A DNA stretch of 64,000 bases from a virus, in IMG/VR virus record IMGVR_UViG_3300016445_000001, one strand, 5' to 3'. The stretch's first letter is position 1; each line of letters begins with the position of its first letter. Positions 42,234 through 51,709 of the stretch are shown here, in pieces. The translations under genes were made by a program, and so were the position numbers. The notes under the pieces were generated by a model. The model worked only from the letters and a program-made list of their open reading frames with translations, was not told the DNA's origin and did not search any database.

Positions 42234-43462
42234 GAGCTGGCCTTGGCCGCCATGTTCTCGGCCCGCTTGGCGAACGCGAGCGCCCGGTCTGGCGGGAAGC
42301 CGCGGGCGATCAGCTTCTTGCGGATCGCCTCACCCTTGGCCCCGAGCCCGTTGCTGTTGCCGCTGTCGCCGTTGGCCCCGCTGGTGGTCCGCGGCCCGTC
42401 CCCGCTGCCGTTGGACGGCGTGGCCAGCGCGCGGATCGCCGGGATGCCGAGCCGGCGCATCAGGTCAGACTGCGCGGGCGGCGGCTGGAGCGGCTCACCG
42501 CGGACCACGCGGTCAGCGGTGGGCCGGTGCTGCGGGGTGAGCGCGCCGCGGTTGTGGACGCCGATCAGCTCCAGCAGCGCGCCGCGCTGGCGGGCGTGCG
42601 GCTGGTAGTCCTGGCCAGCCCGGGAGGCTCGCCACCCACCGTCATCGCCGTGCCGGATGCGGCCGATCTCGCCGCCGCCGCGGCGGTGCCGGACCACGGC
42701 CGAGCCGTCCTCGGGATCGCGGCTGATCACCAGGTCGTAGGGGCTGGTGACGGGCAGGATCGTGTCCACGGTGAACTCCAGGGCTGGGCCGGTGTTGGAC
42801 GCGGCCCACGACTGCTTGAGGGCCTTGGACTTGCCGAACCGGGAGGCGGTGCGGCGCAACAGCCGGGCCACCGCGGCCCGCCGTGCCGGGGACTTCACCC
42901 GGCCGATCGCCTGGCGGGCCTTGTCCCACTGCCGCGGGGAAGTGACCGGGAACCCGTGCGGGGCTCCGGGGCTCGGCGGTGCGATGGCCAGGCCGCGCTT
43001 GAATGCGGACGCCCGGCCGCCCTTTGTCTCCGACGCCGGCCCCTTGGCGAGCAGGATCTCCAGCAGCGGGTGCCCGTTGCTGAGCCGCCAGGCACCCTCG
43101 CCCTTGACGATCTCGCTGCCCTGCACGGCTGAGGCGGCGGCCTTGCGCACGTGGGTGATCTCGGCGGCCAGGCCGCCTTTCATCAGCACCTTGCCGATGT
43201 TGTGGTCGTAAACGCCGCGGACCGTGGTGCCGCTCGGGGTGCGCCCTTCCACCACCTGCTTGTGCAGGCTGACGGCGTTGCCGCGGGCCAGCCAGTTGCG
43301 CTTGGCGGTCGCTGATGCTGTGTCGTGGGCCTTGGCGCTGGCCGCTGCTTTGGTGGCGGCAGACCAGTGGTCGCCGTCACCGCCTCGGTGGCCTGCGTCC
43401 CACGCCGCCCAGTCCAGGTCGATCACCCTGGAGGACGTCACATCCCCGCCTCCGGTCGCCAT
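42230..43462 (-). CDS. hypothetical protein (first gene after the tandem operator-like sites)
   Basis: 410-aa ORF. Alternative GTG start at 43441 lies behind GGAGG. Confidence 0.55.
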   Translation of the reverse strand: MATGGGDVTSSRVIDLDWAAWDAGHRGGDGDHWSAATKAAASAKAHDTASATAKRNWLARGNAVSLHKQVVEGRTPSGTTVRGVYDHNIGKVLMKGGLAAEITHVRKAAASAVQGSEIVKGEGAWRLSNGHPLLEILLAKGPASETKGGRASAFKRGLAIAPPSPGAPHGFPVTSPRQWDKARQAIGRVKSPARRAAVARLLRRTASRFGKSKALKQSWAASNTGPALEFTVDTILPVTSPYDLVISRDPEDGSAVVRHRRGGGEIGRIRHGDDGGWRASRAGQDYQPHARQRGALLELIGVHNRGALTPQHRPTADRVVRGEPLQPPPAQSDLMRRLGIPAIRALATPSNGSGDGPRTTSGANGDSGNSNGLGAKGEAIRKKLIARGFPPDRALAFAKRAENMAAKASS

Positions 43463-43563
43463 TCAGGGACCGGCGCACGCGGGGACTTGCGCGCCGACTC
43501 GTCTAGCTCGGCATGCTACGCGCTGTTTTCGTGGTGCGGAAAGGGCAGGGCGAGAATTGAGTG

Positions 43564-43596
43564 CCTGTAAGTACAGGTGAGGACTGTAAGTACAGG
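43564..43596. promoter_or_regulatory. two tandem operator-like sites CCTGTAAGTACAGGTG / aCTGTAAGTACAGGTG (19-bp register)
   Basis: Read directly at 43564-43577 and 43583-43596, in the 138-bp gap upstream of gene 42230..43462. Confidence 0.6.
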
Positions 43597-43600
43597 TGTC

Positions 43601-44086
43601 CTATTCGTCTTGCAGCGGGATCTCGGGCGGCGGTGCGATGCCCTTGGCCGCCATCGCGCTGGACATACCGGAGTAGTCCGTTGCGAGGTTGGCATAGACG
43701 CTGTAGAGGAGGGTGATGAACACGCCAACCACCAGCCAAAAGTCCTGATGCCAGAAGAACAGCCAGACGATCACCGGGAAGTTCAGCAGCCAGTAGAGGA
43801 CGCCGATCCGGTGGACGTGGAACTGGGTGTCGGGGTCTGTCTCCAGCTTGGCCACGGTGGCGCGGCGCTGCTCCAGGGTCGGGATGCGCGGCTTGACCAG
43901 CATCTGGTAGGCCACGCTGATCAGCGCCACGCCGGCGATGCAGGCGACCACCAGGCCCGCGGTGCGCCCGGCGTCCTTGTCGGTGACCGCGGCGGCGACC
44001 AGGAACCCCAGCAGCGCGTAGCGCAGCCAGTGGGTCCTGATCACCGCCCGGACGGTGGACGGGCGCTCAGCCGATGGGCTGGCCAT
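43601..44086 (-). CDS. polytopic membrane protein
   Basis: 161 aa, four hydrophobic helices. Confidence 0.65.
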   Translation of the reverse strand: MASPSAERPSTVRAVIRTHWLRYALLGFLVAAAVTDKDAGRTAGLVVACIAGVALISVAYQMLVKPRIPTLEQRRATVAKLETDPDTQFHVHRIGVLYWLLNFPVIVWLFFWHQDFWLVVGVFITLLYSVYANLATDYSGMSSAMAAKGIAPPPEIPLQDE

Positions 44087-45026
44087 CGTTCATCTGCTCG
44101 GCGATCCCGGGCTCGGGGTCCTCGGGCTCGGGGTCCTGAATGGCGACCGCCTCGCGGTGCCACTCACCAGGCCCGGCCCACTGGACCGTGCCGTCATCTG
44201 TGGTCGTTGCCATCGCCTTGATCCGCTCCTCAACATGCGGGGGCCAGTAGCCGTTGCCGGTGGCGAAATGGTAGGCACCGCCGATCGCGCGGGTGTAGGC
44301 CCCAACCTTCTCAACGTCCTCGGGGGTGTCGAGTATTGCCACCGGGTCGATGTCAATCCGGCCCATGTCGTCATCGTGAAAGACGCCCAGGTGGAACGTC
44401 TCACGCTCCAGCGCCGGGCGGAACTCAGCGAGCGCCCGGTCCATCGCCGCGTTGAACTCTGCCTCGGTGGCGTGCTCGGGCACGCTGATGGTGTGCATGC
44501 CGCGCGGCTTGACGCTGATCGCGTACTTGTCGGCGTTGTGGGCCAGGAACTCGCCGCTGTGGCTGTCGATCGTGGCCCCGCCCCAGCTCTGTTGCGCCTC
44601 GGTGAACGCGCGGTGCTTGATCTCGGCCCAGTGCTGGTCCATGCCGGTGATCGGTGAGGCGTCCCTCTTGCTGCGGTCGATCCAGGCGTTGCCGAGCGCG
44701 GCCAGGTGCTGGAACTCAGCCGAGGACACCGGGCGGCTGTTGCCGCGGTTGCCCTCCTCGCCGATCTCGGGATAGTGCCGGTGCGCCGGCCCGGGGGTCG
44801 GGCCGAGCTGCGGGGTGACGGCGTGCTCGGCACCGGTGCCGGGGATCTTGGTCCACCGGCCCTTGTCGTCGCGGAGCTGGAAGGGGTTGAACACCAGCTC
44901 GATCAGGTTGGCGATTACGTCGCCGGCGTGGTCGGCGGTCAGTGGCGGGTCCGCGCTGCCGTGCGCGAGCACCGCGCCGGGCGGGCCGAGCGGCCCGGAA
45001 TAGTCAGGCGGGAGCCGGACGGTCAT
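44067..45026 (-). CDS. hypothetical protein carrying the short R/D-x-G-R-W linker motif
   Basis: ATG 45026 overlaps the upstream TGA. 319 aa. FNPFQLRDDKGRWTKIPG near the N-terminus, GIAEQ near the C-terminus. Confidence 0.55.
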   Translation of the reverse strand: MTVRLPPDYSGPLGPPGAVLAHGSADPPLTADHAGDVIANLIELVFNPFQLRDDKGRWTKIPGTGAEHAVTPQLGPTPGPAHRHYPEIGEEGNRGNSRPVSSAEFQHLAALGNAWIDRSKRDASPITGMDQHWAEIKHRAFTEAQQSWGGATIDSHSGEFLAHNADKYAISVKPRGMHTISVPEHATEAEFNAAMDRALAEFRPALERETFHLGVFHDDDMGRIDIDPVAILDTPEDVEKVGAYTRAIGGAYHFATGNGYWPPHVEERIKAMATTTDDGTVQWAGPGEWHREAVAIQDPEPEDPEPGIAEQMNDGQPIG

Positions 45027-47905
45027 GCTGCCTCCTGCCACCGTTTCTTGAGATGGCTCATGATGTAGTCCCCCCACCACTTGGCTGGCGGCCGGGGGTG
45101 GCTGGACATCGTGTATTCCTTCCACAGCTCGGCCTCAAGCTCCAGCGGGTCGGTGACCGCGTAGGCCGACACCTGCCGCTTGATCGTGTCCTCGTGCTCG
45201 ATCACCCAGGAGCCTGGGTCGGGGGTCTGGCGGCCTGAGATCGGGTCCTTGAAGGTGTCCGGGGGCTTGACGCCGAGCACCTTGGCCAGGCCGGCCCAGG
45301 AGTCGTTGAGGGCCTGCTGCGGGATGCGGTCAACCACCACGTGGCCCATCTCGTGCGCCACCGTGGTGTCCGCCAGGTTGTACTGCGGATCGCTGGGCGT
45401 CCACCAGCCGCGGGCCTCTACCCGTTTCTTCTCGCGGTCGGACCAGCCACCGGTGAGGACGTTGCTCACGTTCGGCGACACCTCGATCTGGTCGCCGCCT
45501 TGGGTGAGCGTGACGCCCATCACGCCCTTGTTGCCCTCGTACCCCTCGGGCTTCTCGATGCGGATCACCTGGTGCCCGGCGATCTTGGGGATGAACCTGG
45601 ACTGGAGATCGAGGCTGTGCTGGATCTCGGCGATGGCCGCCTGGGCCTGCGCCGGCGGCGGGATCATCCCGGGCAGCACCATCGACACGTCGCCGTAGTG
45701 GCGGCCCGCGGCTGGTGCGGGCACAGCCGGGGGAGCTGGCGCTAGCGGTGCTGGCAGCGGCGTGGGCTCGGGTGCCGGGGGAGCTGGAGCTGGCCGCGGG
45801 CGGGGAGCCCGTACTGTCGCCTTGTCCTTGCGGACCACCAGGACACCGGCGTTCGGCTTGGCATCGTCCTCGTAGATCGCCGGGCCGTTGGGGTCGCGCA
45901 CCACGATGTGGACCCGCTTGCCCCGGTGCCGGACCGACGTCACCTCCATCATGAACGGGCCGATGCCCAGCCGCCCGAACTTGATCCAGTCGCCGCGCTT
46001 GAGCGTGGTGGCCCTGGCCCTGACCGGCTCCTGCTGCGTCACCCAGTCGGGCGGCCGGTCGATGCTGCCCTCCTCGTAGCCCGTATCCCTCATCACCACC
46101 TGGCGATCTTGGACGTGCGCCATCGCCCAGTCGCCGTAGAACTTGGCCGCGGGCCGCGGGTGGCTGGAGGTGGTGTATTCACACCACAGCTCGGCCTGCA
46201 TCTCGGCGAAATTGGTGGTGCTGTACTCCGAGATGTGCGGGGTGATCTCCTCGGCGTAGCCGACGGTCCAGCTCGGGTCGGTGCGCCACTGCCGGGTCAC
46301 CGGGTCCAGCGTCCGGCCTGGCGGGGGGATACCCATGATCTTGGCCAACTCGGGCCACATCGCGTCCATCTCGGCGGGGTCGATGTGGTCGGCCACGACG
46401 TGCCCCACCTCGTGAGACACGGTGCGGTCGGCGAGGCTGACGCCCGGGTCTGACGGCACCCACCACTGCTTTTTGATCTCCGCGGCCAGCTCCTCCTTGG
46501 AGTGGCCGCCGTTGAGCGCGTCAGCGGCGATTGGGGCTATGTCGATGATGTCCCCGTTGGCCAGGGTCACGCCGAACGTCAGCTCGTTGGCATCAGGGAT
46601 GTGCTGCCGTATCTCCACGTCCTGGCCTGCGGCGATGTGCGGCACATACTTGGCCTGCCGATCCAGCCCGGCCTGGATCTCGGCGGTAGCAGCGCGCACC
46701 TGCTCCTCGCTGGCGAACCCGCGGGGCAGGGTGCTGTGGACGCCGGGGTGCGGCTGGTCGAACACCTGCTGCGCGCCGGGCGCGAACCCGGGGAACGCCT
46801 CGCCGGCGACCTTGCCGATCTTGTGGAACGCCGAGCCCAGCGAGGGCTCGGCCCCTCCGGTGCCCTTGATCCACTTGCCACCAGGCCCGCGGGCCTCGTG
46901 CATCCAGGCGTCGTGCCAGGCGAGCAGGAGGATCTGCTCGGCGATCCCCGCACCCTCCACCAGCTTGGTGTTGCCGAGCCCGCGCCCGCCGACGCCCATG
47001 CCCAGCGCGAACCGCTTGGCGTACTCCACCGCGAGATGCACGGGCAGGTCGATCCGCTGCACCTCAACCTGGCTGGACGGCCACTGCCCATTGGCGATCT
47101 TGAGTGCGGCGTCCGCGGCCTGCCGGTGGTGGCCGTCCAAGATGTAGTTCTCCCGGGTGGCCCACAGCGGCTCGGACAGCATGTGGAGGACTTTGGGGTT
47201 GCCTGCCCTGGCGGCGCGGTAGATCCCGGCCACGCTGGTGGCGGTGAGCTGGGTCTGCGTGGCGCGCAGCTCGGACACCGGCACCTGCTCGTTGGTGACC
47301 TGGATTCCGTCGGTGTGGAGCTGGCGGCGGAACTCAGGGTCCAGCTCGATGAACCGGTTGGCCCCGCCGGCCAGGACGGCGGCCTCACTGCCTGGCTGGG
47401 CCGGACCGGAGAGCTGCGGCATGTCCTGCCGCGGAGTGCCGATCGTCTGCTCGTTGAACAGCCGGGTGCCCTTGACGCTGATGTTGGCCAGGTCCCACTT
47501 GGGCTCTGCGCCGGTGCGCTTCATCTCGGCATCGCCCTGGCGGTTGATCTCGTCCATCAGGCCGGGCACCTCGTGGACGCCGTTGAGCCGGACGTGCTGC
47601 CCCGCGGCCATCAGCTCGACCGCGCGCTTCATGTCGCCGCGGACGTCGATCGGGTCGGCGGCGGTGCCTGCCGCTACTCCTTCCGGCCTGCCGGGCCGGT
47701 TCAGCGCCTCGTGCCCGGCAGCCGGTGTCATCGAGGGCCGGTAGACGTCCTCGCCGGCGAACCGGCCGCGGTAGGCGTGGCTCTCCGGGCCGGCCGCGCC
47801 GGGCAGGCTCTCGCCGTGGGTCCACCGGCCGCGGGTGTCCCGCATCTCGTGCTGCCAGAACGCGAGCAGGATCTGCTCAGCTATTCCCGGGCTGCCCACC
47901 GGCAC
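45023..47905 (-). CDS. polyvalent-type protein: ParB/Srx-like domain plus two HExxH metallopeptidase-like modules
   Basis: 960 aa. YILDGHHRQ (aa 255-263). Duplicated modules of about 180 aa with HEVGH (aa 498-502) and HEMGH (aa 851-855). Pro-rich linker. Confidence 0.7.
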   Translation of the reverse strand: MPVGSPGIAEQILLAFWQHEMRDTRGRWTHGESLPGAAGPESHAYRGRFAGEDVYRPSMTPAAGHEALNRPGRPEGVAAGTAADPIDVRGDMKRAVELMAAGQHVRLNGVHEVPGLMDEINRQGDAEMKRTGAEPKWDLANISVKGTRLFNEQTIGTPRQDMPQLSGPAQPGSEAAVLAGGANRFIELDPEFRRQLHTDGIQVTNEQVPVSELRATQTQLTATSVAGIYRAARAGNPKVLHMLSEPLWATRENYILDGHHRQAADAALKIANGQWPSSQVEVQRIDLPVHLAVEYAKRFALGMGVGGRGLGNTKLVEGAGIAEQILLLAWHDAWMHEARGPGGKWIKGTGGAEPSLGSAFHKIGKVAGEAFPGFAPGAQQVFDQPHPGVHSTLPRGFASEEQVRAATAEIQAGLDRQAKYVPHIAAGQDVEIRQHIPDANELTFGVTLANGDIIDIAPIAADALNGGHSKEELAAEIKKQWWVPSDPGVSLADRTVSHEVGHVVADHIDPAEMDAMWPELAKIMGIPPPGRTLDPVTRQWRTDPSWTVGYAEEITPHISEYSTTNFAEMQAELWCEYTTSSHPRPAAKFYGDWAMAHVQDRQVVMRDTGYEEGSIDRPPDWVTQQEPVRARATTLKRGDWIKFGRLGIGPFMMEVTSVRHRGKRVHIVVRDPNGPAIYEDDAKPNAGVLVVRKDKATVRAPRPRPAPAPPAPEPTPLPAPLAPAPPAVPAPAAGRHYGDVSMVLPGMIPPPAQAQAAIAEIQHSLDLQSRFIPKIAGHQVIRIEKPEGYEGNKGVMGVTLTQGGDQIEVSPNVSNVLTGGWSDREKKRVEARGWWTPSDPQYNLADTTVAHEMGHVVVDRIPQQALNDSWAGLAKVLGVKPPDTFKDPISGRQTPDPGSWVIEHEDTIKRQVSAYAVTDPLELEAELWKEYTMSSHPRPPAKWWGDYIMSHLKKRWQEAA

Positions 47906-48035
47906 CTGCCGCTACAGCCTGGTCCACCAGCATGGTGGCCCCGCGCACCGCCTTGACCGGATCTTTCACGCCGGCCTGCTGGAGCCACGCGGCCATCGCG
48001 CCGATCGCCTGCACCCTGATCGCCGGGTCCAGCAT

Positions 48036-50393
48036 CTAGCTCAGCTTCGCAATCATGTCCACCAGCTCCTGAATGAGAGGGGGGCCAGCTCCTGCGGCGA
48101 GCGCGGGGACGGCGGGCAGGCCGACCGCGAGCAGCAGGCACGCGATCACCGTGCCGCCGACGATGATCCCGGCGTGGATGGCGAACGCCTTGCGGCGGCG
48201 CTTCCGGTCCTCCTCTGTCTCGGCCTCGGCCCGCTGGTCGTGCTCCTTGCGCACCTGCGCCAGCACGCCCTTGGTGTGGGTGATGATCCGCTGCTCGGCG
48301 TCCTCCTTGGTCACCGCCTTGGCCTGGATCTGAGCGATCTGCGCCATGAACTCGTGGCGCTGGGCCTCCAGCCGCACCTCCAGCTCGTGCTGGGTGATGT
48401 GCGCCTCGCCGGTGATCTGCTCGCGGTAGCCGGACACCTGGGCGACCATGCCGCTGCCGTACCTGGCGATCTGCTTGGGGGCCTTGTCGCCGCGCGGCAG
48501 GGTGGCGAACCGCGGGGCCGGGGTCGCTGGCTTAGGCCCGCTGCCGCCCTTGATCCACTGCCCTTTTGGGCCGCGTGTCTCATGCAGCCACGCCGCCGCC
48601 GCTCCCATCCCCTCGGCCAGCTCGACCGCCGTGCCGGGCTCGTTGGCCAGGCGGGCCTGCGCGAGCTGCCCGCGGAGCGTGGCGATCTGCGCCCGCACTG
48701 AGGCGATCTTGGCGCGCAGCGCCGCCCGGCTCGCCGAGCTGGTGCTGGCCTTTTTGGCGGTGCTCGCCGTCTTGCTGCTGGCCTTGGCGGCGGTGGACGT
48801 CTTTTTGGCCGCGGCGGCCTTGGTGGACGCCTTGCTCGCGGCTGTCTTGGTGGCCCCGGATGCGGTGGTGCCACGGGCGGCGGCGAGCTGGGACCGCAGC
48901 GTGGCCAGCTCGGACCGCAGGCCGGTGATCTGCGCGCGGATCTTGGCCACCGCCTGGCGGTCGCCAGCCTTGTCCTTGCGGGCGGCGACCTGCTGGGCCT
49001 CGCGCTTGCGCTGGGCCTGTGCCTGAGAGCCAGCTCCCTGCTGAGTAGCGAACCGGCCCCCAGGCCCGTGGTAGGGATTGTAGAAATCCAGCGTCCGGGT
49101 GGCCAGCCCGAGCACGGCATCAAGATCATCCCAGTCCGGGCTCGCGCCGGTGGCCAGCTCGATCAGCGTCTCGGCGATCTCCCACGGCTCCCCGGTGTTG
49201 GTGATCGACTCGGTGACGCTGCCAACGCCGAGCAGGTCGCCGGCCTTGTGCAGGTGACTGGCCACCCGGCCAGCGCCGTGCTGCATCTCGTGCAGCCGCT
49301 TCATCAGCTTGGTGTTCCACGCCACCCGCTCGACCGCATCCCTGACCAGCCCGTGGCCGCCGCTCTCCTTGGGCGCGGTCAGGTGGTCCCGTGTCTCCCG
49401 GTAGTGCCGGGCGCTCGTCTCCAGCGGCATGCCCGCACCTGCGGCTGCGGCCTCGGTGGCCCCGCCTAGCCACTCGCCGCCCTTGCCGCGCTTCTCCAGC
49501 GGGTTGAACGCCAGCTCCAGCGCGCCGGTGCTGCTGGAGTGGGCGTGGGCGCGGGCCTGGCGGGCAAGCTCGCTCGCCTCGGCCCGGCCGGCGGCAGCCC
49601 GCACCTCGGGATGCACGTGGCCGCCGCCGCGCATCCACTTGCGGATCGCGCCGCGGGCGATGGCGTAAGCCTTACCCGGCTCCATGCCGCGCTTTTCGAT
49701 CAGCGCCTTGACGATCTGCTGGAGATAGTCGGTGTGGCCCATGCCCTTGACGTCGTATAGGCCCGGACCACCGGGGCGTCCCCGGGGAGCGGGAGTCCGC
49801 TCCAGCATCGCGGTCCGGGCCGACAGCAGGATGCCTCCGCTGCTGTTGGACAGTGAGGCGTTGAGCTGCGCCTTGGTCGGTGCCCCTCCGGGCGGCCCCT
49901 GCACCGGCACCGGCTGGTCCGAGCCGCGCTGCTCCACGCTGGCCGGGCTGGAGCCGCTGCCGTTGCTGCCGGGCGGCTGCGGCGGCACGGACCCGTTGCC
50001 ACCGGGGGCCTGCTGCTGTTTGGCGGCCTGCTGGGCCTGCTGCCGGGCCTTGACCGCATCGCGGAGCTGGTTGTTGCGGGCGTGCGCGTCCTCGATGTCC
50101 TGCACCGCCAGGCGGTGCCGGTGGACCTGCCCCATGTGGTGCTTGGCGAGCGCGTGCCCCTCGTCATCCTTGATCCCGTGCCGGACCAGGTTGCGCGGGG
50201 TGAGCACCTCCATCGCGGCATCGAGGTGCCGTTTCGCGCCCTCGGTCGAGCCGTGCTCCAGCACCTTGGCGGCATCGCGGACGTGCGCGCCGGCCACCGT
50301 CTCGGGGTGATCACCGTCGATGGTGTTGGCGGTCGCGCGCATCTGCCGAGCAGCGGTTTGCTTCATCGGCGTGAGCGCGACTGGACGCGCCAT
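48036..50393 (-). CDS. large coiled-coil / low-complexity protein with C-terminal TM helix (virion-internal or ejection protein candidate)
   Basis: 785 aa. Ala/Lys/Thr/Ser-rich tract, heptad-like helices, three copies of the short G-x-W/F linker motif, C-terminal IIVGGTVIACLLLAVGL. Confidence 0.6.
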   Translation of the reverse strand: MARPVALTPMKQTAARQMRATANTIDGDHPETVAGAHVRDAAKVLEHGSTEGAKRHLDAAMEVLTPRNLVRHGIKDDEGHALAKHHMGQVHRHRLAVQDIEDAHARNNQLRDAVKARQQAQQAAKQQQAPGGNGSVPPQPPGSNGSGSSPASVEQRGSDQPVPVQGPPGGAPTKAQLNASLSNSSGGILLSARTAMLERTPAPRGRPGGPGLYDVKGMGHTDYLQQIVKALIEKRGMEPGKAYAIARGAIRKWMRGGGHVHPEVRAAAGRAEASELARQARAHAHSSSTGALELAFNPLEKRGKGGEWLGGATEAAAAGAGMPLETSARHYRETRDHLTAPKESGGHGLVRDAVERVAWNTKLMKRLHEMQHGAGRVASHLHKAGDLLGVGSVTESITNTGEPWEIAETLIELATGASPDWDDLDAVLGLATRTLDFYNPYHGPGGRFATQQGAGSQAQAQRKREAQQVAARKDKAGDRQAVAKIRAQITGLRSELATLRSQLAAARGTTASGATKTAASKASTKAAAAKKTSTAAKASSKTASTAKKASTSSASRAALRAKIASVRAQIATLRGQLAQARLANEPGTAVELAEGMGAAAAWLHETRGPKGQWIKGGSGPKPATPAPRFATLPRGDKAPKQIARYGSGMVAQVSGYREQITGEAHITQHELEVRLEAQRHEFMAQIAQIQAKAVTKEDAEQRIITHTKGVLAQVRKEHDQRAEAETEEDRKRRRKAFAIHAGIIVGGTVIACLLLAVGLPAVPALAAGAGPPLIQELVDMIAKLS

Positions 50394-50481
50394 TCCCCGC
50401 CTCCAGGCAGTGCGCTGGGCGGGGAAGCCAGCTAGGAGCTACTGATGCCGAACAGGCCCAGTATGCCCCGCCAGAGGCGGG

Positions 50482-51078
50482 TCAGGAAGGGACCGACGGG
50501 TCTGCACCGCCGTTGCCGGTCACCGTGGTGGTGCCGTCGCCACCGCCCGCGTCCGGTGTCACCGGGCCGTCAGTCGGCGTGGTGCCGCCGTTGCCCGTGG
50601 TGCCGTTGCCGGTGGCCGGCGGCTGCGCGGTGGGGTCCGGGGCCGGCCCGGGGTCAGGCACCGGCGCGATCGGGGCCGCTGGCACCGTCTGGCTGACCAC
50701 GCCCTGCATCGTGGTGTCGGCACCCTGGAGGCTGGCCAGCGCGGTGTTGGCCGCGGTGAAGTCCAGCGGCTGGTTGGCGGCCTGCGCAGCCTGCGCCTGG
50801 GTGATCCAGTTGCCCAGCACCGTCGCGGCGCTGTTCACATGGTCGGCTACCGCCTGCATCGCGGAGCCAAGATCGTTGAGCTGCGCCTGCTCGGCGGCAA
50901 AGTCGGTCATGTCCTGTTCCTTTAGGTCGGCAATCGCGGCGAGGATCTCGCGCTTCATCTCTGCCAGGGCTGCCGGGAGCACCTGGTCGGCCGTCACCAC
51001 GCTAGGCGGGGTGGTGGACAGGTCGATGATCAGGAACTGATCGCCGCTGGCGTCGGTCACGGGCACCGACGCTAGCAC
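50482..51078 (-). CDS. hypothetical protein with Pro/Gly/Thr-rich C-terminus
   Basis: 198 aa. GC3 favours this frame across the 77-nt overlap with the MuF gene. Confidence 0.5.
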   Translation of the reverse strand: MLASVPVTDASGDQFLIIDLSTTPPSVVTADQVLPAALAEMKREILAAIADLKEQDMTDFAAEQAQLNDLGSAMQAVADHVNSAATVLGNWITQAQAAQAANQPLDFTAANTALASLQGADTTMQGVVSQTVPAAPIAPVPDPGPAPDPTAQPPATGNGTTGNGGTTPTDGPVTPDAGGGDGTTTVTGNGGADPSVPS

Positions 51079-51709
51079 CGCCGACCAGCGCCGCGCCAGG
51101 GAACGGCGGGCCTGGCTCGCACCTGCATGACGGGTGGACGGCTCCGGGGTAACCGATCGGCGGCATCTGGTCGGCGCGGAAGTTGCGCCCGTTGGCCAGC
51201 CAGCACTCCAGGCTCGTCTTGGCGTCGATGTGGGCGTACCAGCCGAGCAGCAGCCCGTGCTCGCTGGCGGCGTTGTCCACCGCGGCGGCGGCGTTCTCGC
51301 GTGCCCAGTTGGCGGCCAGGTGCTGGCCGTAGTAGCGGGCCTCCCGTGCTATCCCCCGGGTGAGCGCATCGCCGAGCGGCTCGCCGTGGGCCTGCGCCTG
51401 CGCCAGGTCGGTGGTGATCCGCCTGGCTGCGGCGATCACGAACTGCACCCGGCGCATCAGGTTCAGCCGGGCCACCGTGGCGGTCGCCGGGCCGTAGAAC
51501 CCGGCCGGGGCCGGGGTCATGCGGAACACCACCCGCAGCGCGGCCTCCATCGCCTCGCGGCGGATCTTGAGGTAGGCCAGCAGCGGGATCAGGGTGGCCA
51601 TCGCGCCGGACACCAGCGCGCCGCCGGCGAGTATCGCGGCGAGGGCGTTGGCCAGCCGCTGCTGCGGTGACTGCTGAGGTGGCGGCTGCTGCGGTGGCGG
51701 TGTGGTCAC
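51002..51709 (-). CDS. MuF-like (SPP1 gp7 family) minor capsid protein
   Basis: GTG 51709 overlaps the upstream TGA. Hallmark C-terminal motif HIDAKTSLECWLANGR...PGAVHPSCRC. Confidence 0.8.
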   Translation of the reverse strand: MTTPPPQQPPPQQSPQQRLANALAAILAGGALVSGAMATLIPLLAYLKIRREAMEAALRVVFRMTPAPAGFYGPATATVARLNLMRRVQFVIAAARRITTDLAQAQAHGEPLGDALTRGIAREARYYGQHLAANWARENAAAAVDNAASEHGLLLGWYAHIDAKTSLECWLANGRNFRADQMPPIGYPGAVHPSCRCEPGPPFPGAALVGGASVGARDRRQRRSVPDHRPVHHPA

